This document shows positions 1 through 6,170 of a stretch of DNA of 6,996 bases, piece by piece. A program made the position numbers and the translations under genes. The stretch is from a virus. Taxonomy: Duplodnaviria; Heunggongvirae; Uroviricota; Caudoviricetes. Location: IMG/VR virus record IMGVR_UViG_2671180417_000012, positions 1 to 6,996 of that record. One strand, 5' to 3'. The notes under the pieces were generated by a model that was not told the origin of the DNA, did not search any database, and worked only from the letters and a program-made list of their open reading frames with translations. Numbering within the stretch: position 1 is the stretch's first letter; the number at the start of each line of letters is the position of its first letter.

Positions 1-66
1 GTAGCGGAGCAGGAAGGACATCTGATGGAAATGGAAGCCACGCAAGCACCTTAAAATCACCATCAT
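1..66 (-). CDS. possible 5' part of a further minus-strand ORF running off the left window edge (partial)
   Basis: ATG at 66-64 lies 3 nt after the stop of the 70..264 ORF and in the same frame; 22 open codons to the window edge. No recognisable SD, and too short to judge. Confidence 0.2.
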   Translation of the reverse strand, partial: MMVILRCLRGFHFHQMSFLLRY

Positions 67-69
67 ACA

Positions 70-264
70 CTAAATCAGTAAGTTGGCAGCATTACCGCCT
101 ACGTCAACCCCTAATGGGTAATGAGCTATAATCTTTGCCACCGGCTCTGCTTCCAGCGATGCCAGCGCAATCCGTGCCAGTTCCATTTGTTCACCACGGG
201 TAAGCCCGTTTTCAAGCGGATTTTTAATGAACAATTCAATACGTTCTTTGGTAATAGTGGTCAT
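70..264 (-). CDS. hypothetical small protein (64 aa)
   Basis: ORF with ATG at 264-262 preceded by AAGGAG (reverse complement of 267-272), though the spacing is very short. Same strand as, and co-linear with, the replication operon. No motif recognised. Confidence 0.5.
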   Translation of the reverse strand: MTTITKERIELFIKNPLENGLTRGEQMELARIALASLEAEPVAKIIAHYPLGVDVGGNAANLLI

Positions 265-333
265 GTGTTACTCCTTAACCCGCAGTGCTTTCAACTGATG
301 AGGGGAACAAAATCTTTTCATCAAACCCTGCAT

Positions 334-537
334 TCATATCATGAACAGCAACACACCAATCCATCGACGAACGATTATCAAGAGCCTCCATGATTTCATC
401 CATGCGGCGTAGGTCATACAGGTAAATGCTTTTATCGCCAATGGTGTAAAAGCCAATTTTTTCGGTGATGGACAGCGATCAAGAACTTCCTGTAATTCGT
501 TCAACCATGCCCGTTCTTTTTTTGTCAAAGTTGCCAT
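334..537 (-). CDS. hypothetical small protein (67 aa)
   Basis: ATG at 537-535, 1 nt after the stop of the upstream 72-aa gene (coupled arrangement). The track ORF 334..627 is longer, but the ATG at 537 avoids overlap with the neighbouring gene. No motif recognised. Confidence 0.45.
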   Translation of the reverse strand: MATLTKKERAWLNELQEVLDRCPSPKKLAFTPLAIKAFTCMTYAAWMKSWRLLIIVRRWIGVLLFMI

Positions 538-538
538 A

Positions 539-757
539 TCAGTTTTCCTTATACGGATTAATTTTATTGTGCAGTGTGTTGAATGACGCCCATACCACGT
601 CGTTATACAATTCAGTAACTGGCTCAATTATTTTCCCGATTGCCCAGACAAAAATTAGAGGGGATATCGGTATCATCAATACGATAAACAGAATGAGAAA
701 CAAAAATTCTGTCGCCCTACTTTTTTGCGGATATTCTTTTCTGAATAATGTAGTCAT
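539..757 (-). CDS. small single-pass membrane protein (72 aa)
   Basis: ATG at 757-755. Charged N-terminus followed by one hydrophobic stretch (FLFLILFIVLMIPISPLIFVWAIG) and a polar C-terminal tail. Confidence 0.55.
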   Translation of the reverse strand: MTTLFRKEYPQKSRATEFLFLILFIVLMIPISPLIFVWAIGKIIEPVTELYNDVVWASFNTLHNKINPYKEN

Positions 758-763
758 TTCTTA

Positions 764-779
764 CCGCCCTTTCGGGCGG
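764..779 (-). other. intercistronic GC hairpin (CCGCCC-TTTC-GGGCGG)
   Basis: Perfect 6-bp GC stem with a 4-nt loop between the stop of the 70-aa gene (790) and the start of the 72-aa gene (757). No U-run follows on the minus strand, so it is more likely an RNA stability or processing element than an intrinsic terminator. Confidence 0.4.
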
Positions 780-789
780 CCTCCCGACA

Positions 790-1002
790 TTAATCGTTGT
801 GGTAACTCATGGCTTCATTTGCAGCATCAACCGGATCAACCTCCCACCAGCAATAATTTGGTGCGTTTCCTTCAGGTGTCCACGGTTCTAATTCATTTTT
901 TGCCACATTCTCGTCGCCAGTAATTTTAAAAATCTGCTCAGAGAATTTTTTCACCCACTCGTTATATTTTTCAGTGTTAATAATTTTCTGTGTATTTGAC
1001 AT
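790..1002 (-). CDS. hypothetical small protein (70 aa)
   Basis: ATG at 1002-1000 preceded by GGAGG with 7-nt spacing (reverse complement of 1003-1020). Acidic, Trp-rich C-terminal half. No motif recognised. Confidence 0.6.
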   Translation of the reverse strand: MSNTQKIINTEKYNEWVKKFSEQIFKITGDENVAKNELEPWTPEGNAPNYCWWEVDPVDAANEAMSYHND

Positions 1003-1107
1003 AGATATACCTCCAGTTAAGGATTAAATTTTATTTACAGTGCTGAACTTAATTATTCAGATTTGGATTATGCTTTCTCTTCACGAAGTTCCGATTGTTA
1101 ATTTGGC

Positions 1108-1530
1108 TCACAACAGCACCTTCTGAAAATTACCCTGATAGAAAGCCAGTACACGCTGCATAGCTTCGCTCTTCCGGCACTCGCTACAGATTATGTTTTG
1201 ACGCCTGTCGTAGCGGCGTATTTCTCCGTCTGGTAATGGCCAGATAAGGTCAGGATCAACCACAGATGGTTTCTTCAGATTTGCCCTTGAGAGTTTTTTG
1301 CGGGCGTTTTGCCAGTCCTTACGCGCCTGTTCAGACGGGAATAACCCGTAACCAGAGTTGTATACATCGCCACTGGCAACCAGCTCTCTGGTGAGAACAC
1401 TCATCAGATATCTTGTCGCACCTGTCTTGGCTTCCAGTTGCCGCAACGTCTCGCGACCGCTCAGACGTACAAGTTCAACAACCTGCCCTTTAATTTTTTC
1501 CCGCTCTTCTTGTGTAAATACTTTTGCCAT
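1108..1530 (-). CDS. hypothetical protein with winged-helix-like N-terminal region (140 aa)
   Basis: ATG at 1530-1528 preceded by GGAGG with 5-nt spacing. The track's longer version begins at a TTG at 1545 that would abut the upstream stop; the ATG with SD is preferred. The segment ETLRQLEAKTGATRYLMSVLTRELVASGDV resembles an HTH/winged-helix motif. Confidence 0.65.
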   Translation of the reverse strand: MAKVFTQEEREKIKGQVVELVRLSGRETLRQLEAKTGATRYLMSVLTRELVASGDVYNSGYGLFPSEQARKDWQNARKKLSRANLKKPSVVDPDLIWPLPDGEIRRYDRRQNIICSECRKSEAMQRVLAFYQGNFQKVLL

Positions 1531-1545
1531 AAGCGCCTCCGGCAA

Positions 1546-2316
1546 TCACTTTTCCGATACAACACGGCGGGAAGAATCAGTAATCTGTCGAACAATATCC
1601 CGGTGCTTGTTCAGCTCCCGCAGCGCGGCGCAGACTCGCTCCCACTTCTGAACATCACTTTTCGCCCTGCGCAGCGCCAGGTTTGCCCTGCGAAGGGACG
1701 GAAAAATCAGCTCATCTGCTTGCGTTTCGGTAAACGATGGCAACGGCTGCACAATGTCCGCCACAGTTTCTGTTTTAATTTCTTCCTGTGTTGCGGCTTC
1801 CCGGACTGGTAACGCAGCACCTGCTGGCTGAGGAAAGGCCTTACCATCACTTTCCGTTACCAGCGCGGCTTTCGGCTCTGCTGGTAAATTATCGCCCGGC
1901 ATGCAGTAACGAAATTTACCGTTCTGATTAACGCGTGCCAGCCGCCCCGTTGCGGTTACCACCGCCAGCGTGGAAGCAACCTTGCGAGTACTGACACCGA
2001 ACTTACCCGCCAGTTCCTCACACGTTTTAGCCCCATCCTGACCGATAAACTCAATCATCATGTCTGCGGTAACTTTTTGTTCGACCTCCCCGGTCAGCAT
2101 ATCCTGTGCTTCAGATTTTACTGGCCGCTCTTCGGTTACCCGGGATTCACCTTCGCCAGCCAGAAACCAGGTGTGACCAGTTTTATCAACGACGCCTTTT
2201 CTTTTGAGTTCCCACAGCTCGTTGACAGCCTCTTCACGACTGATTCCAAGGCGAGCTGCCACCACATGTGAAGAGGCTTTTTTCAGTGCTTTCAGTGCGT
2301 CAGATACGGTTTCCAT
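1546..2316 (-). CDS. phage protein with two winged-helix-like segments (256 aa)
   Basis: ATG at 2316-2314 preceded by GGAGG with 8-nt spacing. Two HTH-like segments (AARLGISREEAVNELWELKRKGVV and CEELAGKFGVSTRKVASTLAVVTATGRLARV). Sits immediately downstream of the helicase-loader gene. Confidence 0.75.
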   Translation of the reverse strand: METVSDALKALKKASSHVVAARLGISREEAVNELWELKRKGVVDKTGHTWFLAGEGESRVTEERPVKSEAQDMLTGEVEQKVTADMMIEFIGQDGAKTCEELAGKFGVSTRKVASTLAVVTATGRLARVNQNGKFRYCMPGDNLPAEPKAALVTESDGKAFPQPAGAALPVREAATQEEIKTETVADIVQPLPSFTETQADELIFPSLRRANLALRRAKSDVQKWERVCAALRELNKHRDIVRQITDSSRRVVSEK

Positions 2317-2337
2317 TAAAATTTCCTCCGGACAAAA

Positions 2338-3084
2338 TTACTTCACAACCCTCATATTGCTGACATTTGGACGCCAGCTATCCCAGTTAAACGTCACCCA
2401 TCGACCACCGTTCATGGTCATGCGGTCCATAATCCTCTCACCAAGAAGCGTACTCATTGCGGCATGATTCAGGTTTGTTAACATCCCGACACTGCACAGT
2501 GATGCTGTCCGGCGATCAATTATCTGGTGCAATACCACCTGCTCGTTTTTCGTCTCCCGCTGAACGCCTATTTCATCCAGGACCAGCAAATCAACCCCGC
2601 AAAGCTCCTGTAAAAATTTTTCCCCGGATTTGCCGTTGTCGTAGCTGTCATGCAACACGCTCATGACGTCAGACACGGTGACGATAATCACGCTGCGCCC
2701 CTTCACCATCAGCCGGTTGCCCATCGCCGCTGCAAGGTGATTTTTCCCGGTGCCGGTTTTACCGCTGAACACAAAATTCGTGCACCCGGTCATCAGTTCG
2801 TCAGCTATGGATTTGGCCTGGCTCAGCGCGTATTTTTGCCCGTCGTTCTGCACCTGATAATTTGCAAACGAGCATTTGCTGTGCAGAGGCTGGATGCCCG
2901 AACGATTCAGGATTTTTTCCACCCGCAACTGGCGATTCTGGCGGTTAATCTCCTCGCTGCGTTTTCGTCCTTCAGCAAGTTGCCATTCCCGCCACTCCTC
3001 CACCGTCCGGTACGGTGGAACCGACCCCTGTGGTGCAAGTCTGCGAATACGTTCAAGAACCCCAACTGCCGCAATGTTTTTCAT
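2338..3084 (-). CDS. DnaC-like replicative helicase loader (AAA+ ATPase; phage P-position gene)
   Basis: Walker A FSGKTGTGKNHLAAA and Walker B DLLVLDEIGVQ, plus GMLTNLN, LLGERIMDRM and WVTFNWDSWR, match the motifs of E. coli DnaC as I remember them. Size and position correspond to ydaV of the K-12 Rac prophage. Confidence 0.92.
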   Translation of the reverse strand: MKNIAAVGVLERIRRLAPQGSVPPYRTVEEWREWQLAEGRKRSEEINRQNRQLRVEKILNRSGIQPLHSKCSFANYQVQNDGQKYALSQAKSIADELMTGCTNFVFSGKTGTGKNHLAAAMGNRLMVKGRSVIIVTVSDVMSVLHDSYDNGKSGEKFLQELCGVDLLVLDEIGVQRETKNEQVVLHQIIDRRTASLCSVGMLTNLNHAAMSTLLGERIMDRMTMNGGRWVTFNWDSWRPNVSNMRVVK

Positions 3085-3090
3085 GACACG

Positions 3091-4032
3091 TCACCCCCTG
3101 AATCCCGGCGGTATTTCAGTGTCCGGTTCAGAAATGTGATTCACGCAACGCTGCGCGGGCGAACGCCCCAGGCGGATAACCAGTTCATCCCATTTTTCCC
3201 GGAGTTTTGCCGGACTCATGATGTTTTTTACCCAGAACGAATCCCGCTGGAGACGCCCAAACATTTCACAAATTTGTCTGTGAGTTCTGCCATCCAGCAT
3301 CCGCATTGTCCGCACGTCATTGGCCCATGCAGTCCAGTTGGGTTCTTTCGGTCTCGTGATCTCGCCATCATCGCTGGCCGCCTGCTCGTAAAGACTCACG
3401 ATTCGTCCCCAGACCCACTGTGCGCACACCAAATCTTCCTGACTTCCCCACTGGCGTTTTTTTGCACTGAACACAACCGCGTCAGGGTGTCGGGTTAAAA
3501 AATTCTGTTCAGCCGTCTGCGGGTCCGGTTGCGAAGCGTCCGGACAAGAAGATCTTTTATCTGACGGATCGGGGTCAATCATCGCCCCCCTAATCGGCAG
3601 TTTGTTATCAACAGTTGATCCATCAAAATTTGACGGGTCAACCGTTGAGGGGGCAATATTTGACGGGTCAACTGTTAACGGGTCATTTTTTGCCGGGCTA
3701 ATTTTTCTTTTCGGTTTATATGACTCACGCGCCGCCGCAGCAGCTGCTTCGAGTTTTTCCACATTAAGCCGATAGATATTGCTTACATTACGCCCACCGA
3801 CCTTACGCTCTTCCTTCGTCAGCCAGCCCTCTTTCGCCAGTTCTGCAATAGCCGATTTCACTGTGGATTCACTTCTTGCACCGATCTGACGCCGGATAGT
3901 TTCAATGGCAGGCCATGACACGCCCTCGTCATTGCTGTAGTCTGCAAGACGGGCCATAACCGCCACCCTGGATAAGATCATGCCGGTGAAGGCGCACCCT
4001 TCCCAGACAAGACCATGAAGCTTGCTGCTCAT
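3091..4032 (-). CDS. replication initiator, lambda-O-like (N-terminal HTH; origin iterons inside the gene)
   Basis: ATG at 4032-4030 after a G-run (an alternative GTG at 4047 gives the track's 318 aa). N-terminal HTH-like segment (SWPAIETIRRQIGARSESTVKSAIAELAKEGWL). An internal peptide repeat (TVDPSNIAPSTVDPSNFDGSTVD) corresponds to DNA iterons. Sits directly upstream of the DnaC-like gene. Confidence 0.85.
   Translation of the reverse strand: MSSKLHGLVWEGCAFTGMILSRVAVMARLADYSNDEGVSWPAIETIRRQIGARSESTVKSAIAELAKEGWLTKEERKVGGRNVSNIYRLNVEKLEAAAAAARESYKPKRKISPAKNDPLTVDPSNIAPSTVDPSNFDGSTVDNKLPIRGAMIDPDPSDKRSSCPDASQPDPQTAEQNFLTRHPDAVVFSAKKRQWGSQEDLVCAQWVWGRIVSLYEQAASDDGEITRPKEPNWTAWANDVRTMRMLDGRTHRQICEMFGRLQRDSFWVKNIMSPAKLREKWDELVIRLGRSPAQRCVNHISEPDTEIPPGFRG
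3606..3725. repeat. putative replication origin: three iterons followed by an AT-rich tract
   Basis: Palindromic cores TCAACaGTTGA (about 3608-3618), TCAACcGTTGA (about 3638-3648) and TCAACtGTTaA (about 3668-3678). The last two sit in a longer repeat, ATTTGACGGGTCAAC. The run ttttttgccgggctaatttttcttttcggtttatat follows at 3686-3725. This is the lambda ori layout inside O. Confidence 0.6.
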
Positions 4033-4054
4033 AAAACCCCCGAACACCGTGCTT

Positions 4055-4480
4055 TTAGTGCATCACCACAGCATTCCCTGCCGGGCCGCCGCGATTCATC
4101 TGGTCATACAAAACAACCGCTGACGCAACAAAATCATCGACATCCTTCACCAGCCGATCCCTCCGTTCGACGATCTCACGGTAATATTCAGAACTGTGGC
4201 TGCGCATACGGGCCACCAGCAAAGGCGGCATCGCCTTTTCGATCGCCGGTAACAGAGCCTGCATTTTTTCAACAGCATCAGGGGTGTCTTTCTCTACCCA
4301 GCGGAAAATTTTCTGGGTATTGCGAGCCAGGGCTTCCGGATGGCTGTCGTCATACAGTTCCGGGAACGTCATTCCCAGCTCGAAATACGCTTTGGTAATT
4401 TTCGCAGCCGGTACTTTTTCGCCGTCCGGATGCGCCCAGACATTCATCGCCATGCGGATGTGTTCATGCTTGATTTTCAT
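4055..4480 (-). CDS. ydaT: YdaT-like protein (Rac-prophage family; CII-position gene)
   Basis: ATG at 4480-4478 overlaps the stop of the upstream Cro-like gene (ATGA overlap), with GGAG 7 nt upstream. The sequence (MKIKHEHIRMAMNVWAHPDGE...) matches my recollection of E. coli Rac YdaT; the 141-aa length fits. Confidence 0.85.
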   Translation of the reverse strand: MKIKHEHIRMAMNVWAHPDGEKVPAAKITKAYFELGMTFPELYDDSHPEALARNTQKIFRWVEKDTPDAVEKMQALLPAIEKAMPPLLVARMRSHSSEYYREIVERRDRLVKDVDDFVASAVVLYDQMNRGGPAGNAVVMH

Positions 4481-4779
4481 GAATCAACTCCATCAGATAA
4501 GCATGCACTACAATCACCTTCAGCATGAACTACATGTGTTTGCCCCAAACGAATGCCGCTCGCATACTCAGGCCAAATAAGCTCCCAATCATGGGGTCGT
4601 AGCTCCGCCCTACTTACTTGGCCTTCCGTCGCAGATTCGATCATAAGGGCGCGGGTTGGAGATATAGCTGTTCGTCCAGACGCCATTTGCGATAAGTAAG
4701 ATGGCGATACACCAAGTCTGGCCGCGAATTTCTTAGCATCACCAACCCTTAATGATTTAATAAACTCTTTTAATGTCAT
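4477..4779 (-). CDS. ydaS: Cro-like HTH protein, YdaS family
   Basis: ATG at 4779-4777 with SD GAGGAAGG (reverse complement of 4782-4789). HTH segment AKKFAARLGVSPSYLSQMASGRTAISP. First gene of the minus operon, divergent from the regulator gene. Confidence 0.85.
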   Translation of the reverse strand: MTLKEFIKSLRVGDAKKFAARLGVSPSYLSQMASGRTAISPTRALMIESATEGQVSRAELRPHDWELIWPEYASGIRLGQTHVVHAEGDCSACLSDGVDS

Positions 4780-4876
4780 ACCTTCCTCGGTTTAGTGTTT
4801 TTTTGCGAGTTTAGTGTTTAATAAACCATTAAGTCAAGTATTTGCTTGTTTAGTGATTACTAAAGATAATTACCAC
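4780..4876. promoter_or_regulatory. divergent promoter/operator region (OR-like)
   Basis: Three direct repeats GTTTAGTG(T/A)TT at 4790-4800, 4809-4819 and 4848-4858. Plus-strand promoter: -35 TTGCTT (4842-4847), 17-nt spacer, -10 GATAAT (4865-4870), placing the start about at the ATG at 4877. Minus-strand promoter: -35 TTGACT (reverse complement of 4832-4837), 18-nt spacer, -10 TAAACT (reverse complement of 4808-4813). Confidence 0.6.
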
Positions 4877-5248
4877 ATGCAAAAAAAAGAAATTCGCCGT
4901 TTACGTCTCAAGGAGTGGTTTAAAGATAAAACTCTGCCACCCAAAGAGAAGAGCTACCTATCTCAACTAATGAGTGGGAGAGCCTCGTTTGGAGAAAAGG
5001 CTGCCAGAAGAATAGAGCAAACATACGGGATGCCGGAAGGGTATCTGGATGCGGAATACGCAGAACAACCGGGGGTTTCTCCACCACATGCAGGGTTAAC
5101 GTCTAATCAACTGGAATTATTGCAGATTTTTTCAGCCTTCCCTGAGGATGAGCAACGCCAGATAATCAGCGAGTTAAAGCAGAAAAAAGAATCAATGGAA
5201 GATCTCATAGCGAGATGGATTGCGGCGCAAAAATGCCGCCGCGCCTGA
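4877..5248 (+). CDS. paaR2: HTH transcriptional regulator (PaaR2-like; occupies the repressor position)
   Basis: ATG at 4877 with no SD, 7 nt after a GATAAT -10 (leaderless, like lambda cI from PRM). HTH segment SYLSQLMSGRASFGEKAARRIEQTYGM. The track's upstream GTG at 4814 would overlap the operators and is not preferred. The name is from memory of the O157:H7 paaR2-paaA2-parE2 locus. Confidence 0.8.
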   Translation: MQKKEIRRLRLKEWFKDKTLPPKEKSYLSQLMSGRASFGEKAARRIEQTYGMPEGYLDAEYAEQPGVSPPHAGLTSNQLELLQIFSAFPEDEQRQIISELKQKKESMEDLIARWIAAQKCRRA

Positions 5249-5268
5249 GTTATAAAACCGGAGGAAAC

Positions 5269-5460
5269 ATGAATAGAGCCCTTTCACCAATGGTTTCTGA
5301 ATTTGAAACCATTGAACAAGAAAACAGTTACAACGAATGGCTGCGTGCGAAAGTAGCAACGAGCCTTGCAGATCCGCGCCCAGCAATTCCCCATGACGAA
5401 GTTGAGCGCAGAATGGCAGAACGCTTTGCTAAGATGCGCAAGGAACGGAGCAAGCAGTAA
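5269..5460 (+). CDS. paaA2: small antitoxin of a ParE-type toxin-antitoxin module (PaaA2-like, 63 aa)
   Basis: ATG at 5269 preceded by GGAGGA (5260-5265). 63-aa charged, helix-prone protein, immediately upstream of the ParE-like gene with a 1-nt gap (TAA 5458-5460, ATG 5462). The track's upstream start at 5215 overlaps the regulator gene and is not preferred. Confidence 0.8.
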   Translation: MNRALSPMVSEFETIEQENSYNEWLRAKVATSLADPRPAIPHDEVERRMAERFAKMRKERSKQ

Positions 5461-5461
5461 A

Positions 5462-5740
5462 ATGTTACCCGTGTTATGGCTTGAAAGCGCAGATACCGAC
5501 CTAGATGATATAACTAGTTATATTGCTCGTTTCGACATAGATGCGGCTGAACGCTTATGGCAGCGATTAAGGGGTTGTGTGCTGCCGTTATCCGAACATC
5601 CGTATTTATACCCACCAAGCGACAGAGTACCTGGCTTGCGTGAGATTGTAGCCCACCCTAACTATATAATTCTATACCGCGTAACAACATCAAGCGTTGA
5701 AGTAGTAAACGTGATCCACGCAAGACGCCAGTTTCCCTAA
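5462..5740 (+). CDS. parE2: ParE/RelE-superfamily toxin (ParE2-like, 92 aa)
   Basis: ATG at 5462 (MLPVLWLESADTD...). Size, composition and conserved C-terminal region (HPNYIILYRV...VEVVNVIHARRQFP) fit the ParE family. Operon partner of the small antitoxin. The track's longer start at 5366 would overlap the antitoxin by 95 nt. Confidence 0.85.
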   Translation: MLPVLWLESADTDLDDITSYIARFDIDAAERLWQRLRGCVLPLSEHPYLYPPSDRVPGLREIVAHPNYIILYRVTTSSVEVVNVIHARRQFP

Positions 5741-5755
5741 CTTTCACTACCAATA

Positions 5756-5808
5756 GAAACATAACAACCGCAACGACTTTATCAAAAGCGTTGTGTTTGT
5801 TATGTTCC
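5756..5808 (+). terminator. long imperfect inverted repeat, possible terminator after the toxin gene
   Basis: About 18 bp pair between 5757-5775 and 5789-5806 (one mismatch, one G-U), with a 13-nt loop. A T-rich segment GGTTTAGTTTTT follows a few nt later. Begins 16 nt after the parE2-like stop. Confidence 0.4.
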
Positions 5809-5855
5809 GCGGTTTAGTTTTTACTTGACTTAAGTTTAATATTCATTAAACCAAA
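5809..5855 (+). promoter_or_regulatory. putative PL-like promoter with operator copy (OL-like)
   Basis: CGGTTTAGT (5810-5818) repeats the operator motif of the 4780-4876 region. TACTTGACTTAA (5822-5833) is identical to the context of the -35 TTGACT of the minus-strand promoter at 4832-4837 and contains the palindrome ACTTAAGT. No confident -10 (best TAAACC at 16-nt spacing). Confidence 0.4.
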
Positions 5856-6170
5856 AATACCAACCCACCCCGCCCCACAGAACGCAGGGAAATACTTCGA
5901 GTTACCCGGCAGTGGTCAGGGGTTAAGTAGCCAGCCCGAGGCGTATGAACATGACGGCAGGGTTCAACTTTAATAACTATGCAGCAGGTTTTTGTTCCGC
6001 TACCCCGGCGTTAAGGGGAAACAGAGGGTTTCTCAGTGGGCGAAGTCAAACATCAGAATGGAAGGCATCCCGGGATCGGCAAAGAAGCAGCAATGGCGCT
6101 TTATATTGACATCAGCGCCATTGCAGGACAGGTAAGAGTTATCAGAGCGGTAACTAAGCGGTATGCGCCT

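Noticed and set aside
265-336. Possibility that 334..537 and 70..264 are two halves of one disrupted gene (pseudogene)
   Set aside because: They share a frame but are separated by two stops (TGA 334-336 and TAA 268-270), and an SD precedes the ATG at 264. Two separate small genes is the simpler reading.
121-4580. Plus-strand ORFs 121..393, 465..923, 1358..1651, 1438..1812, 2077..2271, 2204..2467, 2457..2666, 2650..3498 (282 aa), 2876..3139, 4015..4398, 4284..4580 and 4340..4528
   Set aside because: All lie antisense to the well-supported minus-strand operon (DnaC-like, O-like, YdaS/YdaT-like and neighbours). They have Arg/His/Ser/Pro-rich low-complexity translations and no start context. They are shadow ORFs of the opposite-strand genes.
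4814-4876. Upstream GTG start extending the regulator to 144 aa
   Set aside because: The extension would be translated from within the operator and promoter repeats and has no SD. The ATG at 4877 sits 7 nt after a GATAAT -10, consistent with a leaderless start.
5192-5386. Minus-strand 64-aa ORF
   Set aside because: Antisense to the 3' end of the regulator gene and the antitoxin gene. Cys/Leu-rich shadow frame with no SD.
5215-5740. Longer track versions of the antitoxin (from 5215) and toxin (from 5366)
   Set aside because: Both would overlap the upstream gene by 34 and 95 nt. The internal ATGs at 5269 (with GGAGGA) and 5462 give the non-overlapping, coupled arrangement typical of TA operons and the usual protein sizes.
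5955-5975. GGTTCAACT resembling a tRNA T-loop
   Set aside because: No complementary T-stem, acceptor stem or anticodon arm could be built around it. Not a tRNA.
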